Source: Octopus sinensis (Eukaryota). Taken from it: 64,000 bases of DNA. Positions 1 to 12,801 of this stretch are shown piece after piece (the first letter of the stretch is position 1; each line of letters begins with the position of its first letter). The notes under the pieces were generated by a model. It saw nothing but the letters and a program-made list of their open reading frames with translations, had not been told where the DNA came from and did no database searches. Location of the stretch: assembly GCF_006345805.1 (NCBI RefSeq), contig NC_043011.1, forward strand, positions 60,896,464-60,960,463. The letters run 5' to 3'. The position numbers and the translations under genes were made by a program.

Positions 1-88
1 TTTAAAACTGGCAGGTGTCTGTCTATTTATTTATCTATGGCGGATAGACATGTAAAAGAAAAGTTTGAAAGATGGTCCATATCTGTCA

Positions 89-152
<64 letters not shown>

Positions 153-257
153 CACTGTCTGTCAGGCAGTCCGTCTATATGTCTGTGTGTCTGTCAATCT
201 GTATAATATAAATAAGCAAGTGGAAAATATAAAAAAATGTCTATCTATTTATCTCAC

Positions 258-343
<86 letters not shown>

Positions 344-628
344 GCTTTCAAAATAGCTTTCTTTTTTTAGACTATTCTCTCATACAAAAGCACATTAAAA
401 TTCTATATGATGTTGGCTGTCTAAAGCATGTTCAGTAACTTTCATGTCAGTGACTTTAACGGGACGAACGTTTACAGGTTTTCAATGATAAACTTGATGA
501 CTCAGACTGTCACAACACAAACATAAATACAGGAAATATTAGTCGACAATATTACCTCACTATATGAATTTTTCCCATGCACACAAAATTGAAAACAAAA
601 AAGCTAAACAATTAACTATGTAAGCTTA

Positions 629-760
629 GGCGTGGCTGTGTTGATAAGACGCTTGCTTCCCAAAGTATGGTCTTGGGTTCAGACCCTGTGTGCGTTGCTT
701 TGTGCAATTATCTTTTACTTTAGTCTCGGGAGGCAAAAACCCTGAGAGGGAATTTGGTGT
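629..760 (+). mobile_element. tRNA-derived SINE family A, degraded 5' half
   Basis: GGCGTGGCTGTGTTG..GGGTTCAGACCC A/B-box-like head similar to the 50055 copy; followed by (TA)n. Confidence 0.6.
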
Positions 761-780
761 TATATATATATATATGTTTG

Positions 781-837
<57 letters not shown>

Positions 838-953
838 ATATTTATATATGTATATTATATTATATATATATATGTGTGGTGTGTATATATTATAATATAT
901 ATATTATATATATATATATATATGTGTATATAATATATATATATATATGTGGT

Positions 954-984
<31 letters not shown>

Positions 985-999
985 ATATATGCGTGTGTG

Positions 1000-1300
1000 T
1001 GCAGTTTCTGATGGTGCACCCAGTGCTAAGTGCACTGTATTTGCTGCAGACCACCGTATCTATATGCACCACGTTGATCTTCGAGCGATGGTCTCCAGTT
1101 CTCGTCACTCTTGGTGCATCCACCGCCGTTGACCCCACTAACCATTCCGTCCATTTCTTTTTCACCTGCATATCTTCCCACTGGAATCTTCTCCCTGCGC
1201 ATGTCCTTCTTGCAGGCGTTGACCCACAACATTTGAAACAGAACAATAGCTGAATCAAACTCACCGGTTTTGGGGAAGATCTGCATAAGTCAAGGGACAT
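1000..1300 (+). mobile_element. Decayed LINE ORF2 3' end (CR1/L2/Jockey group)
   Basis: Translation ...TNHSVHFFFTCISSHWNLLPAHV...QHLKQN resembles the 'SFF..T..LWN.LP...F....FK' C-terminal motif of CR1/L2/Jockey ORF2. Confidence 0.5.
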
Positions 1301-1316
1301 GTCCTTTCCCCTAGAA

Positions 1317-1609
1317 CAGGGATTCTCAACCAGTTTTCTATTTATCTAGGGACCTCTTTGGTTACTATTTGATTCTGCTGGACCCCCTTAGCCTTTCGAT
1401 GTTTCGTTCTTCGCACATTAATTTGTGTAGGTTGAACAATGTGAAATGTAAGAGAAGGAAACGCAGCTGTTTCTTGCATTACAGACCCATACATGCATTT
1501 AAAGCAAAGTTTTTTTCAGGCGTCCTTAAATACTGTAGTGGATCCATAATATATTATTTTGGCGCATGGAGCCTCCAAAACTTTATATGGACCCTGGTTG
1601 AGGCCACCG
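1317..1609. mobile_element. hAT(Charlie)-like MITE, old
   Basis: Imperfect TIRs CAGGGATTCTCAACC / GGTTGAGGCCACCG, both flanked by CTAG-containing sites typical of Charlie targets. Confidence 0.5.
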
Positions 1610-2477
1610 TTCTAGGCTTAGCAAATACAAAAGATGAAACAAAAAGAATAAGTGTTGTGGTTTTGAACACGGAGATGTTAGCTAAGCAGTCCAATGTCAC
1701 TTTAATTTGAACATTTACCGAGGATTTCTTAATAAGAATCACATTGGAACAGAGACATTGAAAGACCACAGCTTATTTATTTGTCTTCGTGCAGGATAAT
1801 TGTTAATATTTTCGTTTTTTATAAAGAATGACTACACAAACAAGAATAATAATAAAAAAAAAATTGAAATTTATATTCGTGATGAATGATGGGACAGAAG
1901 ACGCCGTGGACAAAAAATAAATATATAAAGAAAATAAAATAAAAAGAAAACGAAAATAGAAATTAATTAATTGGTTTAGTTGAAAGTCGCATTAAAAGGG
2001 AAATATTATCACTGGATTATCACTGAGAAATCGATAAATGGTAGCTGGTTGTCACAGGTTTTCACAGAAAGATTATAAAGACAATGACCGAAATGAAGCA
2101 AAGTAGCAGAATTGATATTAATTCATTAACAGGAACGAATGATTTGGTTCGGGCGGGAGAAGGAGCAGCTGAAAAGACTTGGGGACAAAGAGTTTGAAAC
2201 AAGACAAAAACAGAGGAAGGAAAAATATGACAAAGCAAAAATAAAAAGCAACAGAAAGAAATGTTTCTGCCAAGAAGAATGTTAGCGACGATGCTGAAGA
2301 TTTAGTTTTTGTTTAATTCTCTTGCAAAATAGGAATATTTGAAAGGATTTAATTGAAGAGGATTAGAGAGGGAACGGTCCTTCATCTGATACGTATCAAT
2401 AACCGTTGCTAAACGTTGCTAACCGATGCTAAACCTTCCTAACTATAATGATCTGTGAAAAATCGAATCCCGATGCT

Positions 2478-2892
2478 TTTTATTTTTATCTTTTAATTGT
2501 CTCAATCTCAGGACTGCGGCCATGCTGGGGCACCGCCTTAGTGAGTCTTAGGGGGACAAATCGACGCAAATATGCAATTATTAAAATCTGGTACTTACTG
2601 CATCAGTCTCTCCTTTGCCGAATGGCTAGCAGTGGGGACGTAAACAAAGCAACGCTGGTTGTCAATAGATCGTGAAAGAATAATACAGACACAAACACAT
2701 ACACACACATACACACACGCACGCACACATGCACACGCACGTACGCACACACACGCACGCAACATATATATACAACGGCTTCCCCACAGTTTTCGTCCAC
2801 AAAATTCACTCAAAAGGCATTGGCCTGTCCGGTTTACAGTAGAAAACACTAGCCAAAAATACCACACGGTGGAATTGAAGCCGAAACCATGT
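2478..2892 (-). mobile_element. SINE family A with internal (CA)/(TA) microsatellite
   Basis: Reverse-complement similarity to 50055-50410 (GACTGCGGCCATGCTGG tail, TTTTCGTCCACAAAATTCACTCA head part). Confidence 0.7.
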
Positions 2893-2913
2893 ATATATTA
2901 TACATACATATAC

Positions 2914-2990
<77 letters not shown>

Positions 2991-3130
2991 CAATAAAGAT
3001 TCAAGTCAATTTTAATGAATTTACTTGAATATGGTACCTAACTTAGATGCACCAAAAAACTATACGGTTTTAACCATACAGTAATGTGGGGTGATTATAA
3101 GCGAGAAAGAAGCAACAAGAATGGATAAGT

Positions 3131-3221
3131 TTTTAGTACAATCGTTTCATACAAAGACAGGCTTTATTAAAAGTTGCAAAAATTGCAGCATATAAACGTG
3201 TCCCGTACTCATCAGCTAAAA
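3131..3221 (-). ncRNA. Type I hammerhead ribozyme motif, long stem II
   Basis: Minus strand: TTTTAG|CTGATGA|GTACGGGAC...GTCTTTGTAT|GAAA CGATTG TA|CTAAAA. Stem I TTTTAG/CTAAAA, cleavage triplet GUA. Confidence 0.75.
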
Positions 3222-3675
3222 TACATGTGAGTTCTCTAGACATCTTAGTGGTTGAGGCTATACTCATGAAGTAATGTAGATAATTAAGTAACATAAACAG
3301 ATTTCCAAAGTTCATTAAAGTTCTTTAAAGATGATGCACAGTCTTATCACAGATTTTTAAAAAAGTTTTAATAGCATCACAGAGAAGGTGACTTAATCCA
3401 TGGTGTACATATGAATTTCCAGAGATATGAGGAGGGATTACATACTCACAGACGACAAATTTATCCATGGCTAATCACAACGAGGTGGGTATCAATTCCT
3501 GCTTATTAGCATTACAGAGAGGGTGAATTAATCCTTTGTATAGGTGCACAATTTCCAATGGTGTAGATGTAATGAACTTTAATGAACTTTGGAAATCTGT
3601 TTATGTTACTTAATTATCTACATTACTTCATGAGTATAGCCTCAACCACTAAGATGTCTAGAGAACTCACATGTA

Positions 3676-3766
3676 TTTTAGCTTATGAGTACGGGACACG
3701 TTTATATGCTGCAATTTTTGCAACTTTTAATAAAGCCTGTCTTTGTATGAAACGATTGTACTAAAA
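3676..3766 (+). ncRNA. Hammerhead motif, core-mutated mirror copy
   Basis: Same as 3131-3221, but the core reads CTTATGA (G5 changed), so it is probably inactive. Confidence 0.6.
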
Positions 3767-3796
3767 ACTTATCCATTCTTGTTGCTTCTTTCTCGC

Positions 3797-3833
<37 letters not shown>

Positions 3834-4481
3834 GTATATAAAATATATATATGTATGTATGTATGCCTTTAAGGCTATCGTGAAAGGCCTGGCTGGAAGC
3901 CCAACATTCCAAGTCATTTCCAAATTTCTGGCAGAGTGAATTGTGTCATGGTGCCGTTTTCCTCACAGACGGGGCTCAACTGACCCTGCTATAGTTGGTA
4001 GTCGGGAAAATCAAAAGCAAATAATGCGAATACGTGAAATTCAAAATATGAAATGGCGACAGTTTACCCATCGCACCTTGTATATATGTATGTATATATA
4101 TATCAATTATATAAAATACATTCTGTGTGTGTGCGTGTGCGTGTGTATGTGTCTTCTAGGATCTCGGGCATCCTCCATCCGATTGCGCTCAAATTTGATA
4201 TGTAGATAACGATGGTATCAGGGCGTGTATAAGTCTTGAAAAAATTACAAAAATCGATTCCAGGTGAGAATGCGATCGATAAAGCCGTGGGAACGTGCAT
4301 TTGTACGTGCAAGTACATCAGTCGAAATCTGTCTTTTGCTAGTGTCTCAAATTTAGGTTAAATCAGTGTTTCTCAAAGGGGATGTTCGGACAAATTGTTT
4401 TGAGAAAATTTGGTTTAAATGTTTGACAACTCAGCACCGTCCATTGGACGGGGGGCGTTTTGCTCGTATATATATATATTT

Positions 4482-4712
4482 GGTGGCGAGCTGGCTGAAA
4501 CATTAGCACACCGGGCGAAATGCTTAGCGGTATTTCGTCTGTCGTTACGTTCTGAGTTCTAATTTCGCCGAGGTCGACTTTGCCTTTCATCCTTTCGGGG
4601 TCGATAAATAAAGTACCAGTTTCGCACTGGGGTCGATATAATCGACTTAATCCGTTTGTCTGTCCTTGTTTGTTCCCTCTATGTTTAGCCCCTTGTGGGC
4701 AATGAAGAAATA
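4482..4712 (+). mobile_element. tRNA-derived SINE family B
   Basis: GGCGAGCTGGCTGAAACATTAG...GAGTTCTAATTTC head and GCCTTTCATCCTTTCGGGGTCGATAAA..AGTACCAG central domain; many related copies in the window. Confidence 0.8.
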
Positions 4713-4715
4713 GTA

Positions 4716-4752
<37 letters not shown>

Positions 4753-4754
<2 letters not shown>

Positions 4755-4960
4755 CGAGGAAGCTTTATGAAATAAAACAAAGACGAAGGCAGGTAGGTGG
4801 AAAACAAACGAACAATTGTATTAGTATGGCGCTCAGGAAATATCAAATAAAACAAGTCTTTAACGTTTCGAGATACGCTCTTCAACAGAAAGATACACAG
4901 AGAGAGAAAAAACCAGAAAGAAGGAGAGAAAAAAAGGCGTGCGTAGCTAACGAATCAACA
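4753..4960 (-). mobile_element. PLE pLTR-like repeat (same family as 9800-9980 and 52840-53030) with a degenerate hammerhead at 4858-4892
   Basis: Minus: CTTT|CTGTTGA AGAGCGTATCTC GAAACGTT|AAAG; flanked by (TA)n. Confidence 0.55.
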
Positions 4961-5040
4961 TGAAATGTATGTATAATTTTTTTCGTAATGCGATAAAAAG
5001 ACCAAGGCTGTGTAGATTTTAGAACATTTATAAATAGAAG

Positions 5041-5088
5041 GTCTTACAGCTGTTTCTAGGATATTTATTATATCCCTTCATCGGAGAC
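5041..5088 (-). ncRNA. Minimal type I hammerhead motif
   Basis: Minus: GTCT|CCGATGA|AGGGATAT-AATAA-ATATCCTA|GAAA CAGCTG TA|AGAC. Palindromic CAGCTG stem III. Related sequence at 41300-41640. Confidence 0.7.
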
Positions 5089-5382
5089 GGTGTGAGAGGA
5101 TGATTAAGTCATAATTTAGATGTGATACAAAATGGAGAGTGAGGTGGAGGAATGAAAATAGATGCGAGATATGCAGAGATATTGTATTTGTAGATCCATT
5201 ATTTAGGCAGAATGGTATACATATAAGATTCCAATACCTTATGAGTAAAATCCAATAAATGACCTATTTTGAACCCTTTTTCGCATAATCACCGAACCTG
5301 GAACTTAACTATGGTCTACCCATACCACTTATTCAGCATTACCTGACACTTTTGGGTCTCACTGACACCATTACCTCTCATA

Positions 5383-5434
<52 letters not shown>

Positions 5435-6134
5435 AATCTATCTAACTATCTATCTATCTGTCTGTCTAAATCTTTTAAAATTGCATTTTCAAACCTACTT
5501 TCATATATATATATATAATCATTAATTAATAAATCTTAGGGTAGCAAAAAAAAAATTTAGAAAAAATCTTTGCTACCAGAGGTCTAGCGTGAAGGAAAAA
5601 TTAGTCAAAAATTAGGCCCTTCACTTAAAGGCATACATACATATATATATTTTATATATTTCGGAATGGTCATTTTGCCAGTTTAGCCAATAAAAACACA
5701 CGCACTATATATTTGGTGTTATTTTGCTTCAGTGTTATTTATTTTTTACATTAATCTTAATCTTATTTCGGCCAGAGTTCTTTCGTCACCCTCCTGTGAC
5801 CGCATCAGTGGTCCTTTGTTTTCTTCTTTCTTATTTGTGTCTCTCCTTACTAACCGTCAGCCATTTTGTATTTCTATTGTATGTCTTCATTTGCGCATGC
5901 TTATATCTCTATGTGCGTTTATGTTTATTTAGTGTGTGTGTGTGGGGGGATGCCTGTAATATTTGTATCTTCTGTTTATATATGTTCATGTAATTTGTAT
6001 TTTGTTTTTTGTTTTTGTTGTTTTTGTTTATTCTTATTTTGTTCATGCGTTTACATCCACTTATTATATCATTACATATGCTTGTATGTATGTATAACAA
6101 CAATACTAGTAATAACAATAATAATTTGAATCGA

Positions 6135-6168
<34 letters not shown>

Positions 6169-6277
6169 ATATATATAATATATATCTACATTATATATAT
6201 ACATATATATATATAGTTATTTATTTCTATTAGTTTATTTATCTGTGTATTTATTATGTTTTCAGGATCCTCTATCG

Positions 6278-6549
6278 TCATATGTTGTGGTGTGTGTTAG
6301 TGCTCCATTCTAGTTTTCTATTCAGGCTAGGTTTATTTTCTATTATGTGCGTAGCTTTTGTAATTTGTCTAATTGTTGCATCTGATCTATGTGTGGATAA
6401 TATTTTAATTTCTATGTTATTGATTGATCCCCTGTGTTCCTGTTCGGCGTGTTGGTACAGAATCGATGAGCTTTTACCTTCCTTGAGTTGTCTCCAATTT
6501 CATTTACCCGCTCTCCTATGCTTCTTGCCGTTTCCCCTACGTATTTCAT
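6278..6549 (-). pseudogene. Penelope GIY-YIG endonuclease C-terminal remnant (frameshifted)
   Basis: MKYVGETARSIGERVNE / QLKEGKSSSILYQHAEQEH...RQITKATHIIENKPSLNRKLEW matches the PLE YVGET.R...R..EH...H...E...I....P.LN pattern. Confidence 0.8.
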
Positions 6550-6670
6550 TGTCTAAATAAACATAAACGCACCTAGAGATATAAGCATGCGCAAATGAAG
6601 ACATACAATAGAAATACAAAATGGCTGACGGTTAGTAAGGAGAGACACAAATAAGAAAGAAGAAAACAAA

Positions 6671-6715
6671 GGACCACTGATGCGGTCACAGGAGTGTGAC
6701 GAAAGAACTCTGGCC
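6671..6715 (+). ncRNA. Variant minimal hammerhead motif (mirror copy at 5770-5814, minus)
   Basis: GGACCA|CTGATGCG|GTCAC-AGGAGT-GTGAC|GAAA GAAC TC|TGGCC; non-canonical at position 9. Confidence 0.5.
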
Positions 6716-7333
6716 GAAATAAGATTAAGATTAATGTAAAAAATAAATAACACTGAAGCAAAATAACACCAAATATATAGTGCGTGTGTTTTTATTGGCT
6801 AAACTGGTAAAATGACCATTCCGAAATATATAAAATATCTGTTTCAACACCCGACTTCACATAAAAAATCTTGCACAACAAATATTTAAACGTATATATA
6901 TATATGTATATGTCTATGTATGTATGTATGTATGTAAATGTATACCTACAGGCACACACACATGTGGATATGTTTATGAAGTGCCAGGGACAATGTCAAC
7001 AGACGTTATTCACCTGGAAGTTTGTCATCAGATCCTGAAATGTGTGGCTGTCTTTATTTAATTAACGATTCTATACAAACATTCGCGTGCACACACACAC
7101 TCACACACACACATACACATGGACACACGCACACACACATGGACACACGTTCGTACATACATACATTTGGTGGTGTAGGAGTTGTAATACATTTAGAAAT
7201 GGACTTGTATATAATTTTAAACACACAATCATAGACATTTATACACCCACACAGAATGTTCAGCAATACAAAGACGCCAATCTCATTTATTCTTAAATGT
7301 TATTAAAAACTCACACAAACAGAGATACACACG

Positions 7334-7380
<47 letters not shown>

Positions 7381-7462
7381 GGGGGAGAGATGCCACTATA
7401 CATACATATATACATACAAGCTTGCATAAAAGTACACATACTCGCATGGATACACGTATGCT

Positions 7463-7528
<66 letters not shown>

Positions 7529-7600
7529 ATTCTGTGTGTGTGTCTGTGTGTGTGTGTGTGTGTCTGTCTGTCTGTCTCTCTCTTTCTCTCTCTTTCCCTA

Positions 7601-7645
<45 letters not shown>

Positions 7646-8117
7646 GTATATATATATGTATATATATATGTATATGTATATATATGTATATATATATATA
7701 TACATATATGTGCATATATATATGTATATATATGTATATTATATATGTATATATATGTGTATATATATATGTATATATATGTATATATTTTTTATATATA
7801 TATGTTATATATATAATGTATATATATAGATATATATATATCTATATATATATATAATATATATATATGTATGTATGTGTGTGTGTGTGTATACATATAA
7901 ATACGTATGTGCTTCTGTTTCTTTCTGCCCCGTCTGTCTCTGTCTCTTCACACACACACTCGCTCTCAAGCACACACGCACAAATACACACACACACACA
8001 CACACATCAATAAAAATACATAAATGCATGTCTTCACGTATATGTAACTGTGCATATACAATACCATACACACGTAAAAGGATCAATACATACACACATG
8101 CACCACATGATGTATAT

Positions 8118-8245
8118 ATATAACTGTAATTACTAGCGTGCCACATGTTTATGCAACCAACTGCCGCAGCACAAATCTTGAGAAATCGGGTTTCACAACA
8201 TTACAAAGGAGACAACTAATTAGAAAATTCAATTACACTCTATCA
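8118..8245 (+). mobile_element. Old R4/Dong-like RLE C-terminal fragment
   Basis: [19 protein letters not shown] is similar to the copies at 9408 and 20037. Confidence 0.5.
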
Positions 8246-8388
8246 ACACAAGCGATATATATATATATACATACATATTATATATATATATATATACATA
8301 CACATATATATATACATATACATATATATATGTATATATATGATATATGTATATATATATGTATAATGTATACATATATATTTGTATA

Positions 8389-8437
<49 letters not shown>

Positions 8438-8626
8438 CATTATATATACACACATATATATATATATACATATAATATATATATGAATACATACATATAT
8501 ACTCATATATATGTACACATATATACATACATTTATATATATATATATAATGCATATATATATGTATATATATATATATGCATATATATATATATATATA
8601 TATAATATATATATATATATATAGAT

Positions 8627-9006
8627 AATAAATATTAGGGAATAAATCCAAATTTACAGGGAAAAAATCAGATTAGGATTAAATCGATTTTATAGTAAAA
8701 TATTATAAAATATTATTCGAGACAAAACCACTATTTTGCAAAACAAACAAGGAAGACTTAATCAATACATAAAATTTTAATAAATAGTCAAAAAAACCGC
8801 CACTACAATCGTTTCTTGTCTTGATCGACAATCTTCAGGTGGACTTCCATGACACTGAATTATTGGAAGTCCACCTGAAGATTGTCGATCAAGACAAGAA
8901 ACGATTGTAGTGGCGGTTTTTTTGACTATTTATTAAAATTTTATGTATTAAGTCTTTCCTTGTTTGTTTTGCAAAATAGTGGTTTTGTCTCGAATAATAT
9001 TTTATA
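8627..9006. mobile_element. Penelope-like fold-back remnant (arms 8704-8849 / 8864-9006)
   Basis: ~145 bp inverted arms with a 14 nt loop, left extension and (TA)n flanks; same family as 19370-19645. Confidence 0.8.
8871..8913 (+). ncRNA. Minimal type I hammerhead motif (mirror copy at 8800-8842, minus)
   Basis: CCAC|CTGAAGA|TTGTC-GATCAA-GACAA|GAAA CGATTG TA|GTGG; core nucleotides and stems I/II intact. Confidence 0.8.
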
Positions 9007-9057
9007 TATATATATATATATATACATACATATATACGTACATTTATATATATATGT

Positions 9058-9113
<56 letters not shown>

Positions 9114-9121
9114 ATATATGC

Positions 9122-9155
<34 letters not shown>

Positions 9156-9407
9156 GTATGTGTGTGAATATATATGCATTATATGTATAATGTATGTATA
9201 TCATTGGAGATGTTTTGCTAGTAGCATGCATAAATTGAAACGTAGAGGAATAGAAACCAGCATTTTCGGATATAAAATATATTGAGATTTAAACGCGAAT
9301 TCCTGTGCACGTACATACATGCATAGCTGTGTAGGTTGCTGCACATGCACATTTACATAGACATGCACATACATACATACGTACATACATACATACGTAC
9401 ATACATA

Positions 9408-9747
9408 GCCCTGGGTCATGTAACACCCAATACTAATCGTGAGAAATTAGGTTTGTCAAAACCAGAAAGGAGAAGGCTGATTCGAAGGCTACATATCCAA
9501 TCTATCACTGGAACTTTAAAAAACCCTGTAAAATTTTCCAGAAGTTTATCATTTAAATGTATATGAGCAAGTTTAGATATGCAAGTGTATGCAATGAGAA
9601 TACATACATAAAACAAGACATACAAATCGTAACATATACATACATACATACACGATAATCCATCTGATGGGTAAATTCCATTGAAAACCTGCTCCTGAGA
9701 GATAGAGGCTGGGTTCTGATATATATTCTGGATAGAATTTTGAACAA
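9408..9747 (+). mobile_element. R4/Dong-like non-LTR retrotransposon 3' end
   Basis: ALGHVT..NREKLGLSKPERRRLIRRLHIQSITGT, with a 3'UTR shared with 20037-20520; preceded by (CATA)n. Confidence 0.65.
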
Positions 9748-9766
9748 GTAACCTTCACACTTACAC

Positions 9767-9801
<35 letters not shown>

Positions 9802-9850
9802 TCGTTGGCGATTTTCTTCCTCCGTCTTCCTTTCTATTGGACTTTCCTCT

Positions 9851-9885
9851 GTTTCTGAAGAAGAGCGTTGCTCGAAACGTTAAAC
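9851..9885 (+). ncRNA. Minimal hammerhead motif in a PLE pLTR-like repeat (9800-9980)
   Basis: GTTT|CTGAAGA|AGAGC-GTT-GCTC|GAAACGTT|AAAC; stem III reduced to the palindrome AACGTT. Confidence 0.65.
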
Positions 9886-9997
9886 CATCGTCCTTTCTTT
9901 GCGTCTGCTAATACTTTACACGTACCACGTCCTCGCGTTGTTTTGCTTGTGTTTTCTCATCTTCTTTTTGGGGATTTACTATATATATATATATATA

Positions 9998-10152
9998 GGT
10001 GCAGGCATAGCTGTGTGGCAAAAAGTTTGCTTTCCGACCGTATGGCTCTGGGTTCTGTCTCATAATGTGTCACCTTGGGCAAATGTCTTCTACCTTAGAT
10101 CGATCAAGGTGTTGAGAGTGGATTTGGAAGAAATTGAAAGAATATTGCCGTG
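9998..10152 (+). mobile_element. SINE family A, 5' half
   Basis: GCATAGCTGTGTGG..GGGTTCTGTC..CACCTTGGGCAAATGTCTTCTA. Confidence 0.7.
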
Positions 10153-11142
10153 TATAAAAACATATATATATACACACATACAAAAAAAAACATATATATG
10201 TATAAACACACTCACGTATACACTCACATATTGATATGCCTATAAACATACTGGCGGGAGAGCAAACGAGTGTGTTGTGACTGAGTATATCGCACACTGT
10301 TATTACAGTTTTTTTTTATTTTATAAAAGCTCTCCTTAAGTTGGCGATGAAAAACAAGGGTCGAATATTCCGATCTCACCACAAGATACAACCCTGGCCT
10401 TTACACCTGTGAGAGCCCTCCGATTTTGTCTTGGTGCAGTTTTGCAATGGTTGTCAAATTTGCCTTAAATCGTCGCTTATCGTATGACAGAACAAAACAC
10501 AAAATGAACACATTGGCTGATATCGTCTGAGGTACGCTATACTATAATAGCTGCCATATTTACTCCGAATTATAACTTAGCATCCTAAAAACAAAAGAAG
10601 TCAATGGATAATGTAGTCCTAAATAAATTATGTCTGAAAATAAATATGCTCTGAATTTTGTAGATTAAGGTCAGCCTTGATCGATAAAGTTTCTGGCCAA
10701 TTAGGGCGCCGATCATGGTTAAGCAAGAAACAATAGTAACAATAACAACGACACTTCAATCTGAAATAGAAACCATCGAAGCTGCCATAAAGAATTCCAA
10801 TTTATTTACATAATCTTTCCGTTGAATTCACATCTATTCCAGTGCTTTCAAAATGTCCGTAAAAGTTTCAGCAATACACACGGACAGACCACCCTGCCAC
10901 ACACACATATATCGGAATAATCACATAAACAAATGTCGATATTTTGAATCTATTTAATATGTACGTTTCGAATACTTAAGTAAGTTATACTTTACGTAAT
11001 ATTATCCTCGACACTTGACAGTTCAATATATGAAGGCATGCATAAATGTGTTCTATATATGATAGCTATTTATTGCGTTATAGAAAACCCTCCAAAATAC
11101 AAAGAAAGATACGGAAAAGTACATGGAGAGAAAAAAGGAAGG

Positions 11143-11175
<33 letters not shown>

Positions 11176-11178
11176 CTA

Positions 11179-11258
<80 letters not shown>

Positions 11259-11321
11259 GCACATACATATACATGGATGGATGAATCTGTCTTAGTTTTG
11301 AAGAAAACCATTCTGCTATTC

Positions 11322-11450
11322 TGGAGGCGCATAGCTTCATAGTTAGGGTGTTGGACTCATGATCTTAAGACTGTGGTTTCGATTCCTGGACAGGGTGATG
11401 CATTGTGTTCTTGAGCAAAACACCTGATTTTATGTTGCTCCTGTCCACTC
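11322..11450 (+). mobile_element. SINE family D head
   Basis: GGAGGCGCATAGC..GGACTCATGATC..GTTTCGATTCC..TGTGTTCTTGAGCAAAACAC; similar to 18108-18300. Confidence 0.65.
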
Positions 11451-11739
11451 ATAATACAGAAATATAATACAGAAATACACCACACCATACATACACTTAT
11501 ACAAGCATACATGCGTATGTGAATATATACAAACACATACGCATACGTACATACACACAATTGCTTATATGTATGTTTATATATATATGTATATGCAAAC
11601 ATACATATATATATGTATACACAAAGACACATATGTATATATACATACATATTTATATTTATATACATCAGTCATGCACAAACACGTCAACCTATACAGA
11701 CACGCACGCGCATACATGTACACACTCACATTTTCATAG

Positions 11740-12024
11740 ATGCCTGCCTATATATCCGACGGCCACGCAGAGCAGCCAGATAATTACGGAGACGATGTGA
11801 AGCCATACGAAAACCAGTTCAGAGCAAAACAGCTTTCACAGGAAGTATATCTCATGGAGCCGCTCACACCTTCACCTTCAACTTACCCCCAGCCCACCCC
11901 CAGCCCACCCAACCCATCCCATTTAGTTCTCACAGACAGCAATGGTTATTCCGAAGCCTGTTATTTAGTCGCTGTTCAAAGAACACCAAAAGAATTTCAA
12001 AATTCGCCATATAAGAACGATTAA
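11740..12024 (+). CDS. Candidate terminal coding exon of an unknown host gene (Tyr/Pro-rich tail)
   Basis: Non-repetitive 94-codon frame starting right after TTTTCATAG (acceptor-like), higher GC than its flanks, ends in TAA. I recognise no homology. Confidence 0.3.
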   Translation: MPAYISDGHAEQPDNYGDDVKPYENQFRAKQLSQEVYLMEPLTPSPSTYPQPTPSPPNPSHLVLTDSNGYSEACYLVAVQRTPKEFQNSPYKND

Positions 12025-12192
12025 AATGCAGACACACAGTCGATGTCACCGCCACTATCATCACCAGCATATCGCCGCCATCACCACCATAGAGCCACCA
12101 CTTCTCTCTCTACCATCTTCATCACCACCGCCATCACTCGAAATTAATTTACCTCCAGACACGAAACGTTTCGATACAAATGATTGTGGAAA

Positions 12193-12232
<40 letters not shown>

Positions 12233-12742
12233 CACACACACACACACACATACATACATACATACATACATACATGTGACACCATATGCCCCTTCCTGAT
12301 CACACACATATACAGATGTAGATATATATTTTTGTATTACAAACTAAAAATTCATCAAAAAAGTGGCAGCATATTAAAATACATTTAAAGGTTAAAATTA
12401 TAAACAACTTATAAACAAGGGCAAAAGAAAATTATTTCTATGCCAATATGCTGATAACAGACTTTTAAATCGTCAGTTTCCACATAGTATTATACCCACT
12501 ACAGAAATGCGTTGTTGATGAAATCGAGGAAAGCTAGCCAACAGGATCTTTTAAAAAGTTCGTTATTTCTATATTGAATCAATTCCGGAATTAATCTCAT
12601 AATAGATTTTTTTCCTCTCCAGTAGAAAATACGAATAGAAATAAATGAAATAATTACATGCGCCCATGGAAAAAAAAAGCTGAAGCAAAAGTCATGAGTA
12701 CATATAAGTACCCCAGATATATACACAACTTACAACCCTTGT

Positions 12743-12799
<57 letters not shown>

Positions 12800-12801
12800 C
12801 A

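Larger units (their letters stand above)
2988..3796. mobile_element. Penelope-like fold-back remnant (inverted pLTR arms 3101-3323 / 3574-3796)
   Basis: ~223 bp near-perfect inverted arms, each with a hammerhead motif; ~110 bp left extension; (TA)n on both sides. Confidence 0.75.
5647..6890. mobile_element. 5'-truncated Penelope-like element with inverted pLTR (arms 5647-5932 / 6553-6838)
   Basis: 286 bp near-identical inverted arms with hammerhead-like motifs, a GIY-YIG remnant between them and (TA)n flanks. Confidence 0.85.
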
